DNA of 64,000 nt from Takakia lepidozioides. Lineage: Eukaryota > Plantae > Bryophyta. The stretch spans positions 65,286,001-65,350,000 of the forward strand of contig CM060733.1 in NCBI GenBank assembly GCA_030704615.1, given 5' to 3'. Positions 1-20,974 of the stretch are shown here, in pieces. The stretch's first letter is position 1. Each line of letters opens with the position of its first letter. Made by a program: the position numbers and the translations under genes. The notes under the pieces were generated by a model that saw nothing but the letters and a program-made list of their open reading frames with translations, did not search any database and was not told the DNA's origin.

Positions 1-102
1 ATGGTAGACGCACGCACAACACGATTGATGACGTGAAATACAACGACAGACATACGACTTCATTTTATTTATTTATTTTTAAGAATATTTTCCCCTCCCT
101 GG

Positions 103-583
103 GGGGTTGATGCAAAATCAACCTTGCGTTGACGCAACCTTGATTTGAGAAATGAAAGCATCATTTTTTAAGATTTTTTTTATTTTAGTTTTTATTTAGT
201 TTTTATTGTTTTTATTTTTTCTCCCTGGGGTGATGCAAATCAACCTTGCGTTGACACAACCTTGATTTGAGAAATGAAAACATCATTTTTTGAAGTTTTT
301 TTTTTTCCTCCCTGGTGGGGGTGATACAAATCAACCTTGCGTTGACGCAACCTTGATTTGAGAAATGAAAGCATCATTTTTTGTTTTTGGTTTTGTTTTG
401 TTTTATTTTGTTTTTTGTTTTTTGTTTTTTTTTCCCCTCTCCCCGGAGGGTGATGCAAATCAACCTTGCGTTGACACAACCTTGATTTGAGAAATGAAAG
501 CATTTTTATTTTTTATTTTTCTGGGAGGGTGATGCAAATCAACCTTGCGTTGACGCAACCTTGATTTGATAAATGAAAACATC
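103..583. repeat. Five copies of a ~55-60 bp palindromic unit separated by T-rich spacers (probable DNA-transposon subterminal array)
   Basis: Unit GGTGATGCAAATCAACCTTGCGTTGACGCAACCTTGATTTGAGAAATGAAA at ~103, ~226, ~316, ~447 and ~527. The core CAAATCAA-CC-TTGCGT-TG-ACGCAA-CC-TTGATTTG is an inverted repeat. Confidence 0.9.
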
Positions 584-1048
584 CTTTTTTGAGGACTGTT
601 TTTTGCATTTTGTATAGTTGCTAGCCCTGTTGTTTTTCGTTTCGTGTCTTGCATTGCAAGTCTTGCCAACCTGTTCTGCACCATGTTTTTTCATAAATCG
701 CAAAGACGCTTTAGGGATTTCCTGGTGTTTGTCTGGAGAACGTCTATCAATGAAAAGTGGATGTGAATTGGGAGGAAGGAACTTCGATAGAACAAACTCA
801 TTCTCTTTCGTGTTCATTACGCAACAGGACATTGTACTCTCTGAAATATCCTGTGCCCTTGGACAAAAACCATCCACAAACCACCCGTGATTTCTCATCC
901 GACCAAGATTTGGATGAGGGAGGAGACTTCCCAGAAAATAAAGTTGGCAAATCTGGGGCGTGGTAGTCGCCTACAGTTCCGGGGAAATAGGTGGCATCCG
1001 CGGAATTAGGTCCTACACGTGGGAAACCTTGCTGACATGGCGTGAGCC

Positions 1049-1255
1049 TGGCTGGGCTCACGCGGCCAGGCTCACGCGCGAGCATTCCTCCCTTGGGGGG
1101 GTAGGGGAGGGGCGGGCCACAGAGGCACACCCACCCATGGTGCATTCAACTCCGGCTGGGCTCACGCGGCCAGGCTCACGCGCAAGCATTCCTCCCTTGG
1201 GGGGTAGGGGAGGGGCGGGCCACATAGGCACACCCACCCATGGCGCATTCAACTC
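1049..1255. repeat. ~104 bp GC-rich tandem duplication
   Basis: GGCTGGGCTCACGCGGCCAGGCTCACGCGC...CACACCCACCCATGG.GCATTCAACTC occurs twice. A similar CCAGGCTCACGC motif is at ~19889. Confidence 0.85.
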
Positions 1256-1846
1256 GTGGGCCATTTCTATTACTTGGCCTTCCTTTGCTGAAATACAAAC
1301 TTCCCAGCTAAATTAACGTCCATTTACCTCACAGTGTGTAATAAAGTTTCCATTCATCCAACTTTTTTGTTTGAATGAATTTCATTATTATAACGAAATA
1401 TTGCAACTCCGTCCTTCTCTCATCCTTCCACATTCATACCACGCACGAACTGCAACATCCGTTGATCACCCTCCGGATTTTATCCATCCGCCATCCGACC
1501 AGCCCCAAGCAACTCCACGTTCAACTCCTCGACTTCACATGTTTTTGTCGTACAGAGTTGTATATTAGTTTTGTGACTTAGGGTTAGGTCTGGACAGGCT
1601 AGGATCCTGAGGGTTTACAAGGTAATCTAACTCTTCTTCAGCCCTTCAGAGGCTATCGGGTTCTGAAGAGGCCTTGTCCAAATGATGCAATAACAGAGCG
1701 TTCATTTGGTCTGTGGAGCGTGTTGAACAATAGATTGAAGAAGTTTGGGCTGGAGACTGTTTACAGAAAGGTATGATGATGACTTTATGATGATTTTCTC
1801 CATGGAAAAACTCCCTGAGGACAATGGAATGAAATTTCCTACGCAC

Positions 1847-1907
1847 AAGGTGTTCGCCTTCCAAACGGAAGGCAGTACAGCCCTTCGGGATGAAGTGACA
1901 CCATAAA
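1847..1907 (+). mobile_element. 3' fragment of the SINE family seen at 20975-21147
   Basis: AAGGTGTTCGCCTTCCAAACGGAAGGCAGTACAGCCCTTCGGGATGAAGTGACACCATAA aligns with 21058-21115. Confidence 0.7.
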
Positions 1908-2787
1908 ATGAACTTGCTTCAGCAAGAGTCTTCCTCTCTTCCCTACGCACATTATGAGTCAAAATAATAGGGCAGGCGAAGTGGAAGGGTTTAGTGTGCT
2001 GAAGGTTGCGCACGAAGTTTCTTGTCTGGAACAAGGCAGCTGAAGCACAATGTAGTGAGGCTATTAAGTTTTGATAGGATCTTAGCAGGTGGAGGTCATG
2101 TCTTCCAGATGAGCTATCCTGTATATATACTAACAGTAGAGGGAGGGAGGGATGCATTAAGGAGGAGAGAGCGAAGGAAAGAAAGCGCCAAACAACGGAA
2201 CAGAGAACAGAGAACAGACGGCACTTGTTTAAGTATGTACAGCCATCATCTGCAGACCCATCAGTAGATCCATAGGTTTGAAGTTCAATTGTATTCATAT
2301 TCACTGCTGAATGAAAGGAATGTGCTTGTTGTTATCTAGGATATGATCCTTAATATGAAAGTGGTGGTGCTCACATCGGGTAGGATGTGATCCATGAGCA
2401 AATGGAGAAGGTGTATACCCTTTTTGCTGTAACTACTGGAAGCAAGGCTGATGAGAGTCCCCCTCCCTTAGAAAAAACAATGTTCTGACTATGACCAATG
2501 AAACTTTCTGATGTACTTCTCTCGGTGTTTGCAATGTATAGGCACCATGGACATTTATTTCTTCTCATCTTATATCGGCACAAGCTCTTCAGCATTTAGC
2601 AGATGTTATGAACCACAAAGTCTGAATTCCTTTGAAAGTAATAAATATTTCAAAGTTAATAATCCTGTGGTCTGCCAGTAGATCTCCTAGGTACCAGTAC
2701 TTCCATCCATAGAAGATTTGGTCAGATAATATAACAACAGCCACTAAGCCTGACTGTTCTAGCTCTCTATTGCTACCTTGTCCATCC

Positions 2788-11553
<8,766 letters not shown>

Positions 11554-11803
11554 TTTTCAAATCTCAAAACCACGCACCTCCCTGGGGATCTAGATCTCCC
11601 TCACAAGATGGCGATGAAAGCAAGCTCCGCTCTTCTGCACTCTCTGCACTCTCAGCTCTCTCTCTCCGCAGGCACCGTCACCGCCCGCCGCCCCCTAGAA
11701 AGAAAGATGCTACCCGGCCTTATCTCGGACGCATTGCATACGGTTACAGTAGGTATGTACCTATACAACAATGTCCTGGGTTTGCCACCCACCGGCTGGC
11801 ATT

Positions 11804-11840
11804 ACATGTTAGACTCCTTGGTCCGTGTTTCAAGACGGGT
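11804..11840 (-). other. 37-nt fragment of large-subunit (25S/28S) rRNA; not a functional gene
   Basis: Reverse complement ACCCGTCTTGAAACACGGACCAAGGAGTCTAACATGT is the conserved LSU rRNA segment. Flanks are not rDNA. Confidence 0.85.
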
Positions 11841-12947
11841 TGGACGGATGCTCTAATACCTGTCTTTTTTAGGTACGATAAGTATATTTACCTTTATTGA
11901 GGTAATTTACGTTGTTTCAAACGTATGTTCAAATGTATCCTCAATTATATGTCAAAAGTGAACAGCACCAATTGATTATTGTCAACTACGCAACGGCCTG
12001 AGCGTGTGAGCGTACGCTCACACACTAGTGAGGTGTCGTGAGCCTACGCTCATGCAGATGACGTGGCATGAGCGTGATGCTACAGAGTTGCCATGGTGTC
12101 AAATGCTGACGTGGCACCACGTCAGCATCCGCCATGTCAACAGAAACATACGGCGTCTATACCCGAGGGTCCTATGACCGTGGGATGAACTTAGGCAACA
12201 TGAAACCAATATACCATCAAGAATCCCATCAAAATAAATGGGAAATAAGCCTGAAACTGTGGCATCCATTCGACAACATTCTACAATTACAATTGTAAGT
12301 TTTACAATAACAATTACAATGAGGACAAAATAGCCTCATAAGATGAGTGCCATAGAGGCTGACCCAAGAAGACCCTGCTTCCTCCCCACGTTACGAAGAG
12401 AAGAGGGATCACGGTATCAAAAATAAGCCTGCAGTACATAGCGACACAGCAGAGATACACGGTAGACCAAATAAAAGGAAAATAGCATCCAACCAGAGGG
12501 CACATCTGTAAACATTTTCCCCCAACCCCCGCCATGCCTTACGGGCCAGAGACAAATTGTCTGAGTGGACCGAGCTTACAAGTTTAGCAGAAGATGGTTT
12601 TCCCTCAAAGCCAGGAGCACATCTTCACTTCCAAAGGTGCCATGATGCATGAGTTCTAAGAACTTGCCACACAGAGCACACTGAGTATAATTGACACGGA
12701 GAAAAATTGAGAAGCACAATGGAGGGAGAAGGGCTGTCATATCATTCCACCGCCTGAGGAATGTTGTAATTGAATTGAATTGAATTAGCATGACAATATT
12801 GCTATTACACATTTCACAGCATGGTTGTCCAGATACCAGATTGCATACTCGCAGTCCATATCAACCAAATTTCAGCTTCTACATTCCATGTTGAGAAGAT
12901 TGCACATTCATCACATTCCAGATACACCAAGTGATAGTGGCTGCTAC

Positions 12948-15900
12948 CTATGTGCTTGTGTCCCGCTGCAAGAGTGTGTCAACTTCGTTGAAACTCATAG
13001 TGGCCTGGTGAATGAAGATGTCACGCTTTAGATCGCAAACCATCCGCTTCAAGAAGATGAAATATAAATGTTTGCAGGGTATGAATTTCCCTCTCTTGCC
13101 CAAACTAGTTGATAGCATATTCACAAAATCCGGACAGGTGCAATTGGGGAAATTGGAAACAGTGATGTCGTAAGCTCTGTCCTGCACAGCAAATGTCGAT
13201 GTGATCATTGTGTACACCCGACCATACCCCAGATCGGGCACTTCCGTGGTGTCTGCGACACGAACTTGGAGCATTTTTGTGGACTCCACCTTGCCAAAGT
13301 GTTCAGCATGAGTTGAAGGGAAACGCCGAACCAGCTTTCCACCTCTTTTTGTTGGCCACAAATGAGCATTTGCTGGAGAGACCCGAGAACGAGCGGAATT
13401 GGAAGCAGCTGCACGCATAGGGGGTTGCCTTGCAATGGAGAAGTCTGCCTCCTCCAGCATTGCAATCTCTTGAGTTGTGAGATGTATTCCCACCTTGACG
13501 GGCCAAACGCTTGGTGGAGCTGGTTTCATCACCACGGATGGTCGCACAGTTCCATGCACGCAACTACCACAGTCGTCTGCGCAGAACCAGAACTTGTGGT
13601 TTTTGGCTTCTGGTTGCCCATATGGGCGCATCAAACCAGTGAAAGTCGGAGCCGGTGTCCGGGCATCGCCTCTTGATATGGAAGAAGTGCATTTCTCGAA
13701 ATTGGTTGCCCTGATCGGCATACATTTCACACGAGACCCAGCACTTATGCGTTCTATGTGTCAAACATGGTCGGGGCACATGGACTCCACCACATCAAGG
13801 AGCACGTTTTCCTCTTGTACCATTGCATTGGGAGTGTTACATATAAGAGCCTGCCGTCGTGACAAAGGATCCTCCACAAGGGAGGTCCCGGTCATGGATC
13901 TCTTATGCAGGAGAACACGAGGCGTGGAGAAGTTGTCGCGGTCTGCCCTGTGCGAATCCGAATCCGAACCAGGTGGGGTGTTCAATTTCCGCTTGCATAA
14001 GTCGAATCTCTCCTCGCCTTCGAGATGTGGAACTCTAGAAACCAAAGGGGTTCCATGAGCATACATGCTCACCGCCCGTGCTATCTTGGTTGGATCCCTT
14101 GATATGCTTGCAGCACGCAACATCAACTCTTGTTTGTCCGGACCCGAGCCACCAACACCACCCTGCAAGAACTCACGGTATCTAGTTTGTTACTGCAGGG
14201 CACGCACCAGATCATCTGTTGTTGCCACATACAAATCTCGACCTCGTTTCCCAGAGTGTTGCAACCAGGCATTGTGCACTGTCTCTGCCATATTGCAAGA
14301 TGGCATGTCCGTCATTTCCTCAATGGACATGTTCTGCAGAGTGGGAAAACACACTTCAGAATAGTGCATAGGCAAGAACATGACCACAACAAGCATGGAA
14401 CTTCTTCGTTTCAATTCCAAAATGTTGTCTATGTAGCCTCTGTTCCTAGAGCCCATTCTCAATGCATTCACGAATGTTAGGCGAACTGAAAGTGGAAAAA
14501 TGATCCATGACAATGTTCAAAGCTGGCCCGTCAAGTTTACTGCCCACAGAATCCTCTGCACTCAGAATATGGCTCTCCAGGAAGCTCTTGTTTGCACCAA
14601 GAGCAATTGCTGATGTGATGGCTATTGGATTGCTCTCGTACTCTTGTTTAATCAACCTCGACACAGTCTCAAGACTTTCCCTGTAATCCCCCTTTGAGAC
14701 AGGATTGCCGCTTGTCTCAATCTTTCTCCCTCTCTATTGTTTGTGGTATCAATCAAGACAATCTCCGTGAAATTTCAAATTGAGGAAAATCTGGGGCCAT
14801 TTATCACAATAGACTGAACCCATTGCCTTTCACTGAGTTGTTGTGAGCAAGATACGAAGACATGGATAGGATCCATGCCACTTGAAGGAGGAAGAGCAAA
14901 GCAAAGGTCTCCATTTACTAGAACAACTCATTAAGCAGTGCAATAAGCTAGGATAGTTTCCTTATCTCTCTCTCTTTTCTTGTTTGTGTCCCTGGGCTTT
15001 GGGTCTCCCCTACATGGACTTTCTTTTTTTCTTTTCATTTGCCAACCACACCGGCATGTCCTCCTCCTCCCCCCGTCCCCGGCTAAATTTCTGATAAGAG
15101 CTTTGGGCAAGTTCAGGCTTGGTTCTCAGACTCGTATGGATGGAACAGGAGATGGCATAAGTTAATTTGCCCAATTGTACAGCATGCAAAGTGCAGATCA
15201 TGCCCCGGTCAATTATGAGGCTGATGCTGGCATCTTTTTAGAGAGCAAAACTCCCTGTCTCTTTTTTCACATGGAGTTTATGGTCCACATAGGCCAGTTG
15301 ATTATTCTGTGCACAACTTCTTCAATCATGGGTCTCCATGACTGGAGATCCTCTCAGGGAATTTAGTAATCCACATCATGCTCCTTTTTCACCGTAACCT
15401 TTTTCCTCTCCTTTGGTCGAACTTGGGCTCATGGAAGTACAGTGAAAAAGCTCACTGACTCCATTTCTCTGCTGAAGCTGGTGTGACTGACTGGAAACTT
15501 CAAAGGCCAATCATGTTTGTATTACAGATTGGATATTCTGGGTGTCAGTACATTGAATGAAAGCATCAGTTCAACCCTCGTAGGTGTCGTAAATGTTGTG
15601 AACAAGAGAGCCGGACACGGTATTTTTCTCATGTTTGGGTTTTCTTTAATGACAGGTGGAGTTTGAAGGCTGGTTGAAGCAAGGAGATATAAAGAATGCG
15701 AGGAAGTTCAAAGAGTGTGTCCTGACATCTTGGTCATGGGAAGCCATCGCACATTGGTCATGGCCATGGCACATTGCAACGGAACGCATCCTCTATGCAC
15801 TGTCAGCTTATTCAACATCTAAATAGTGTTTGAACGGCAATCAATACAGTCATCTTGGTGTCTGAAAACCGAAATGTACACAAGCTTTTGTCATTGTTTT

Positions 15901-16966
15901 TAAACGGTGGACCACATAGTACATTCGTGCACCACACATTGTCAGGCAGGATGGGACAAGCCTGCAGAACTTGCAAACGAAAGTGTCTGTCGGAGGAAGA
16001 GCAGCCCCAGGCTTGAATGGATTTTTGGCCATACCTTCCCACTCGCTTTTGTTCTGAACCCCCGACTGAAGAAAGTGCCTACAATGGAAATTTTCACACC
16101 TCAGGTGTCCATTGCAAACCGTTCTCCTGAACACGTGGTTGTCATGATTTTGAATACTCGATGTTTTCATTCTATACCATGGGCGTCCATCGTGTTTCTT
16201 ATCCATCCCTTGCATCAGGCTTGCTATACCTCCAACTCGCCCAGGTGGAGGCAGCTCAAAGAGAATATCCCCATCAAATGTCTCCGGCAAAAACTTCACA
16301 GGCACAATATTGAAAGTTTCTCATTGAATTCCCCGCAACTCACTTTTGAAACCGGCCATCCCTTCAATTGACTTCAGTTTTGGAATGACACTACAGATCT
16401 CTTGCACTCCAGCTTGGACACCTAGCGGAGGATGCACCGCCTGCGGGATTACAGAGACATCATCATCGGACGAATCCGAGAGCTCAACGATTGGAGGATG
16501 TTGTCTCCTCTTTCACTACCACCCCCCTCTTGTCTTGAACAACAGAAGCAGCCGTCCCCGACATCACATATGAACTAAGAGACTTTCGTGGAGGATCTCC
16601 AAGGACCCTGTACCTCCCCGGAGGCACTCTCCAATGGCTGACATGAGCCGTCTCATCACGATTTTGGAAAGAGCATTTCAACAAGTTCCCGTCCAAATCG
16701 CACCTCTCTTTCTCTAAGAAGATTGAGCCATTCTGGAACTCAAAGCGTGTAGCCAGGACATGTTCGAGAACAACTGCGAATCCATTGTCAAGGGCTTCTT
16801 TGGTGAAAGGCACTGGTTTGTCGTCAGAGAAGAACTCTGCTTCAGAGCAAGCCATGTTACGTCGCGAAGTTGTGATTTTCTCACAGGGTTGTCTTTTCCT
16901 TTGCGGCTCTTGTGTCATCTCTTCTATGATAGACAAGGCTGCACTATAGCGCACAAACACGCGCAC
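12948..16966 (-). mobile_element. Degenerate MULE-like transposase gene, copy A (GCM-like N-terminal Zn domain, partial catalytic region, C-terminal SWIM)
   Basis: DGRPWYRMKTSS...RRTVCNGHLRCENFHC...CKFC...C...ACVHFG (15850-16305). CNMAETVHNAW resembles the MULE N..E motif (14190-14513). SWIM CTCPDF...PCKH (12948-13730). Broken by stops, frameshifts and an insert. Collinear with 44751-46555. Confidence 0.75.
14852..15755 (+). pseudogene. Captured fragment of a universal stress protein A-like gene (two exon remnants plus intron) inside the MULE-like element
   Basis: 14852-14953 YEDMDRIHAT..KGLHLLEQLIKQCNKLG. After a CAG acceptor, 15656-15755 VEFEGWLKQGDIK..CEEVQRVCPDILVMGSH. Both match consecutive parts of plant USPA-like proteins (recalled DMDSIYAS..KGLHLLE..C...G / CEAWI..GDP...IC.EV.RV.PD.LV.GS). 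Confidence 0.75.
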
Positions 16967-17634
16967 AGGAAATGCGGCAGAAGTACGTCTTCCATCATGA
17001 TTCTGTTATTTCGGAAAGCTAGCGAAGGTCCGATGTTGGCAAATTTATGTCCTGCCAATCCGTCGCCAAATGTAGGTTTCGGAACTACAGTTGGCATTGT
17101 CGTCGTGGCAATTTTGACAAATGGCCCGCCTAATTTTACAGGGTCCGCCAAAATCAATAAAGACCCGCCGACTCCCCAGAACCGTGCCAGCATGGCCTCA
17201 TGATGGCACGGTTACCGAAGTACATGAAACGTTTTTACGCCCCTGACGTCCACCTACTCATATTTCCTAAAATCCTGCGCAGGGGGGGTTGTTTTTCTAT
17301 GAGCAGTGAGCACAAAAAAACATGGGCAAAACCCCAAAAAAGAATATTTTTCGCATATTTATGCAAATACCAGGTTTCCGACCATCCGAACCTGTTTTTC
17401 AGTGTCACAAGTGCACGATTTCCCCTCATCATAGAACAATCAAGTTAGGTTCGGATGCAAAGCTAGGTTCGGGATTTCTCCATATTTTGGACGTCTGTGC
17501 CGACTTAGAGAGCATTTTTGCTCTTGGAAACGAGTTGGGGCAACCCCGGGAATAGGTGTTTCTTCTATAACCGCGGTCCAGCCTGGCCATGTGAAGACCG
17601 CGGGTTTTTTTTTTTATTTTTTTATTTAATTTAT

Positions 17635-18120
17635 TGGTCGGCACATACTTCCGGGTGCCCATTTTGTTTTTTTTGTTTTTTTTTGAGAAGTCGGCATAGA
17701 CTTCCGGGTGTCCAATTTCAGTTTTTGTTTTTTGTTTTTTGTTTTTTTTGGGAGAAGTCAGCACAGACTTCCGGCTGCCCATTTTTCGTTTTTTTGCTTT
17801 TTATTAACCTTTTTTCCGTTTTTTAGCCCATTTTCCTTTTTTTTTTTTTTTTTAATTTCAGAAGTTGGCACATACTTCCGGCTGCCTTTTTCAGTTTTTT
17901 TTTTTTTAAGAAGTCGGCACAGACTTCCGGCTGTCCATTTTCCGTTTTTTTTTTTTTTTTGAGAAATCGGCACAGACTTCCAGCTGTCCATTTTCCGGTT
18001 TCTTTTCTTTTTTTTCTTTCTTTTTTTTTCTTTTTTTTGAGAAGTTGGCCATTTTCAGTTTTTTTCTTTTTTTCTTTTTCTTTTGGAGAAGTCGGCACAG
18101 ATTTCCGACTTTGCATTTTC
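17635..18120. repeat. Array of ~30 bp units (AGAAGTCGGCACAGACTTCCGGCTGTCCATTT) separated by poly-T; probable subterminal repeats of MULE-like copy A
   Basis: About 8 copies, one truncated, between 17635 and 18120, upstream of the transposase. Confidence 0.85.
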
Positions 18121-19448
18121 CGTTTTGCCCGCGCGGGTATAGGTGGTACACCTTCTAATATCGTACATTTAGTCATCTTTAGAGATATAACCTTGGTCCT
18201 TCAGCTTTGCTCGTATATCGAGCCTATCCCAAACCTGAAATCTGGCTTCGGGTTTGCTTCGGGGTAGGTTTGAAAACTTTGCTCATGGCTCGTCTGCTTA
18301 TCGCTCATGGAATACAGACCCCTTGCAGGCTGACACACATTTGTCTGTTCCATTTTGCGCAAACCGTACTTTCATGTTGTACGCGTTGCAGAGCTTCTTG
18401 CAACTATTCTAAACAAGACCTTCTTGTTTGCCCGGTATGAAGTGAATCAGAGATAAGGAGGACCTGCGGGTGAAAAGCACACAGGTACTTCAAAAGCAGA
18501 GCATTACCACTCCAGAGGCAATGCAGCTTTTGAAGGATTTACGTTTGGAGATTCTGATGCGCAAAGATTGGACTTGGCACCACAAAGAACCGATGATTCA
18601 GTTCATTCGAAACTTTGATACGAGCACAGAAAGCATTCAGGTGAATGGGATTGATATACAGATCACACCACAGCACTTGCAACAAGTTTTTGATTGCCAG
18701 AGGAGGCAGTGAATGTGGACGAACACAGGGCGAACTTGCAGCTTGGTAATCTTTTCAATGAAACGAGTTTTTTCAAGAATCAAGGGTATACGTGTCTAAG
18801 AGCAGAATATCCAGGACTGAGGGAAGTAGGCCAAATACTGAACGTTCTGTTTGCTATGAAACAGAACCAGATGTATGTGAGCAAAACTGTCACTGAAGAG
18901 ATCTTGAACGCCTTGAAGGGAGAGGATGTAGCATGGGCGAACATGATGCATAAAAGCCTAGTTGAAGAGATGAAACGGCTTCAGACCACGACAACCAAAG
19001 CTCCAATTATCATTGCAGCTCCTATAATTGCGCAGATAATTCATGACTCTTGCTTACTTACGATGCAAGAGCGTAAAGACATGGGTGTGTTTGAGCAAGA
19101 ATCTACAATGAATGAGGCACAGTGATCCTCACAAGGCGAAGGGGGACTGGAGCGACAGCCCAAAACGAAGAGGCAGAAGAAGGGTGATACAGTAGGGACG
19201 GCGCCTCGTGTGAATCCACTGGCAGTGAAGCCAGCTGTGCAGGATGATATCTCCACAACTCCTACACAAGATGAGGTACAGCAACAGCAAGGGTTGTCGG
19301 TGCCAAAAGTGCACATAGTGGAGAGGGAGGACGAGGTTACCTCTTTACCCCAACCAACACATCCTACTGTCCAAGTTACCTCACAGGTAACTCAAAGTGG
19401 TCATGCTGTTACACCCGAACCCCTTACTAATTCAGAAAGGGAGGCTCT

Positions 19449-20500
19449 TTAATCCACCCCACAAACCTACCACACTCATGTCATATACGTTGTGCATTCG
19501 TCTAAAGTTTTAGTCATGCATCTTCCTGTCATGAATGTTTTCCATTGCTCAACATCCATTATACATTCATCCATTTGACTCTTATCCATCCCTCATTCAT
19601 CCATCTACATTCATTTTTCACACTCATCCATCTGTTTATCATCCAACTGTACATTCATCCATCCTTTATTCATCTGTTGCTTTCAGGTGGGAATGACCAC
19701 TGCCTTTTATTATGTCGTCCAGCTTGTTTCCGCGGTAAAGGGTGCCAATCCGCGGGAATACACTCCACTTCTTCCTGGGCGCGTGGTGACGCGGTCTTCA
19801 AGTGTGACGACGTGGAGTGAGCCCCGTGATGTGGCATTGGCGCAAGGTGACGTGGTGTGAGCGCAGTTGCGCTCACGCGCTCACGTGACCAGGCTCACGC
19901 CGAGGCATCCCTGCTCCCACTCCCCTGTGCCCAAAAATCGAAGCCACCCAAAGGCTGCCCATAGAGGTGCACTGCTTCCCTCCCTCCGCTCCTCTGTGCC
20001 TAAAAATGAAAGCTACCCAAAGGCTGCCCAAAGACTTGCAGTGCCTCCTTCCCTCCCGCTTTCATGTGCCAAAAAATGAAAGCCACCCAGGCTGCCCACA
20101 GTGTTGCAGTGCCCCCCTTCTTCTCGCTCCCCTACTGTGCCCAAAATGAAAGCCACCCAAACCAAACCACCGTAAGGCATGCCTTACACACACGCGCGCC
20201 CACACAACAAAACGCCAACAGAACACGACATCAGTTTACGCTGGAAATGTCACCCTGATCCATGGCGATGCGCCTCATTCCAACACGCACCAAGGCACAA
20301 GTGTTTGCCTTCACATCCAGGGCAATAGTAATGAGTGCGCAGATGACAAACACCAGACAACCGCCTCTGCGTTGTGTGAAGGCATTGAGGCACAAATGTG
20401 CAAGAACCATCGCCAGTGCCCTCCATGTTGTCTGTGCAGGTCCCTACTGTCAATGCATAAGCCAGCGCCAAATTGAACTCCAAATGGCGCCAATCTGTGT
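19449..20500 (-). mobile_element. DNA transposon 3' remnant with a piggyBac-like cysteine-rich C-terminus and subterminal repeats
   Basis: 20250-20483 encodes EFNLALAYAL...RR..GVCHLRTHYYCPGCEGKHLCLGACWNEAH. Repeats AAAATGAAAGCCACCCA (x4, 19930-20160) and a TCATCC microarray. The left junction has TTAA at 19449-19452. Confidence 0.55.
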
Positions 20501-20974
20501 GCAGAGGCTAAACTGAGGTCATTCATCAGAATGAGCTAATTACTGGCATGAAGAACACCATCAGTCGCCAGGAAGTCTCCGTCAAAGAGTTGAGACTCTA
20601 CAAGGAAAAAGCAGACCAGAACATGTTTGCACTTGCAACAGGATACTGCTAAATACAAGCACACACTTTCAGTGGCTGAGAAGGGGAGGAAGGAAGCCAA
20701 TAATATGATGGCTGCCTTTGCAGCCTTGCAAGACCCCTATCACCAATGCATACAAAGGTTGAAGCAATAGATGGAGGCATACAAACTAAAGGAGGAGCAA
20801 GCTATCAGGGATGCTACAGAGAAATTAGTAGATGACCACCTCCTGCATGTGTGGTTAGAGGAAGGACCAGTGGAAGGTAAGGCACCTAGAAAATTAACTA
20901 AGGATGAGATGTAAGATCTCAAACAACGGGTGCAGAATATTGCTACAAGCACCATAAATGTTGTCTATGGTCGA

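Noticed and set aside
103-583. CRISPR array
   Set aside because: Eukaryotic context, no cas genes, and spacers are low-complexity poly-T of uneven length.
1702-2304. 200-aa ORF downstream of MFP
   Set aside because: No recognisable motif, and it overlaps a SINE fragment.
11804-11840. rRNA gene
   Set aside because: Only 37 nt match and the flanks are unrelated.
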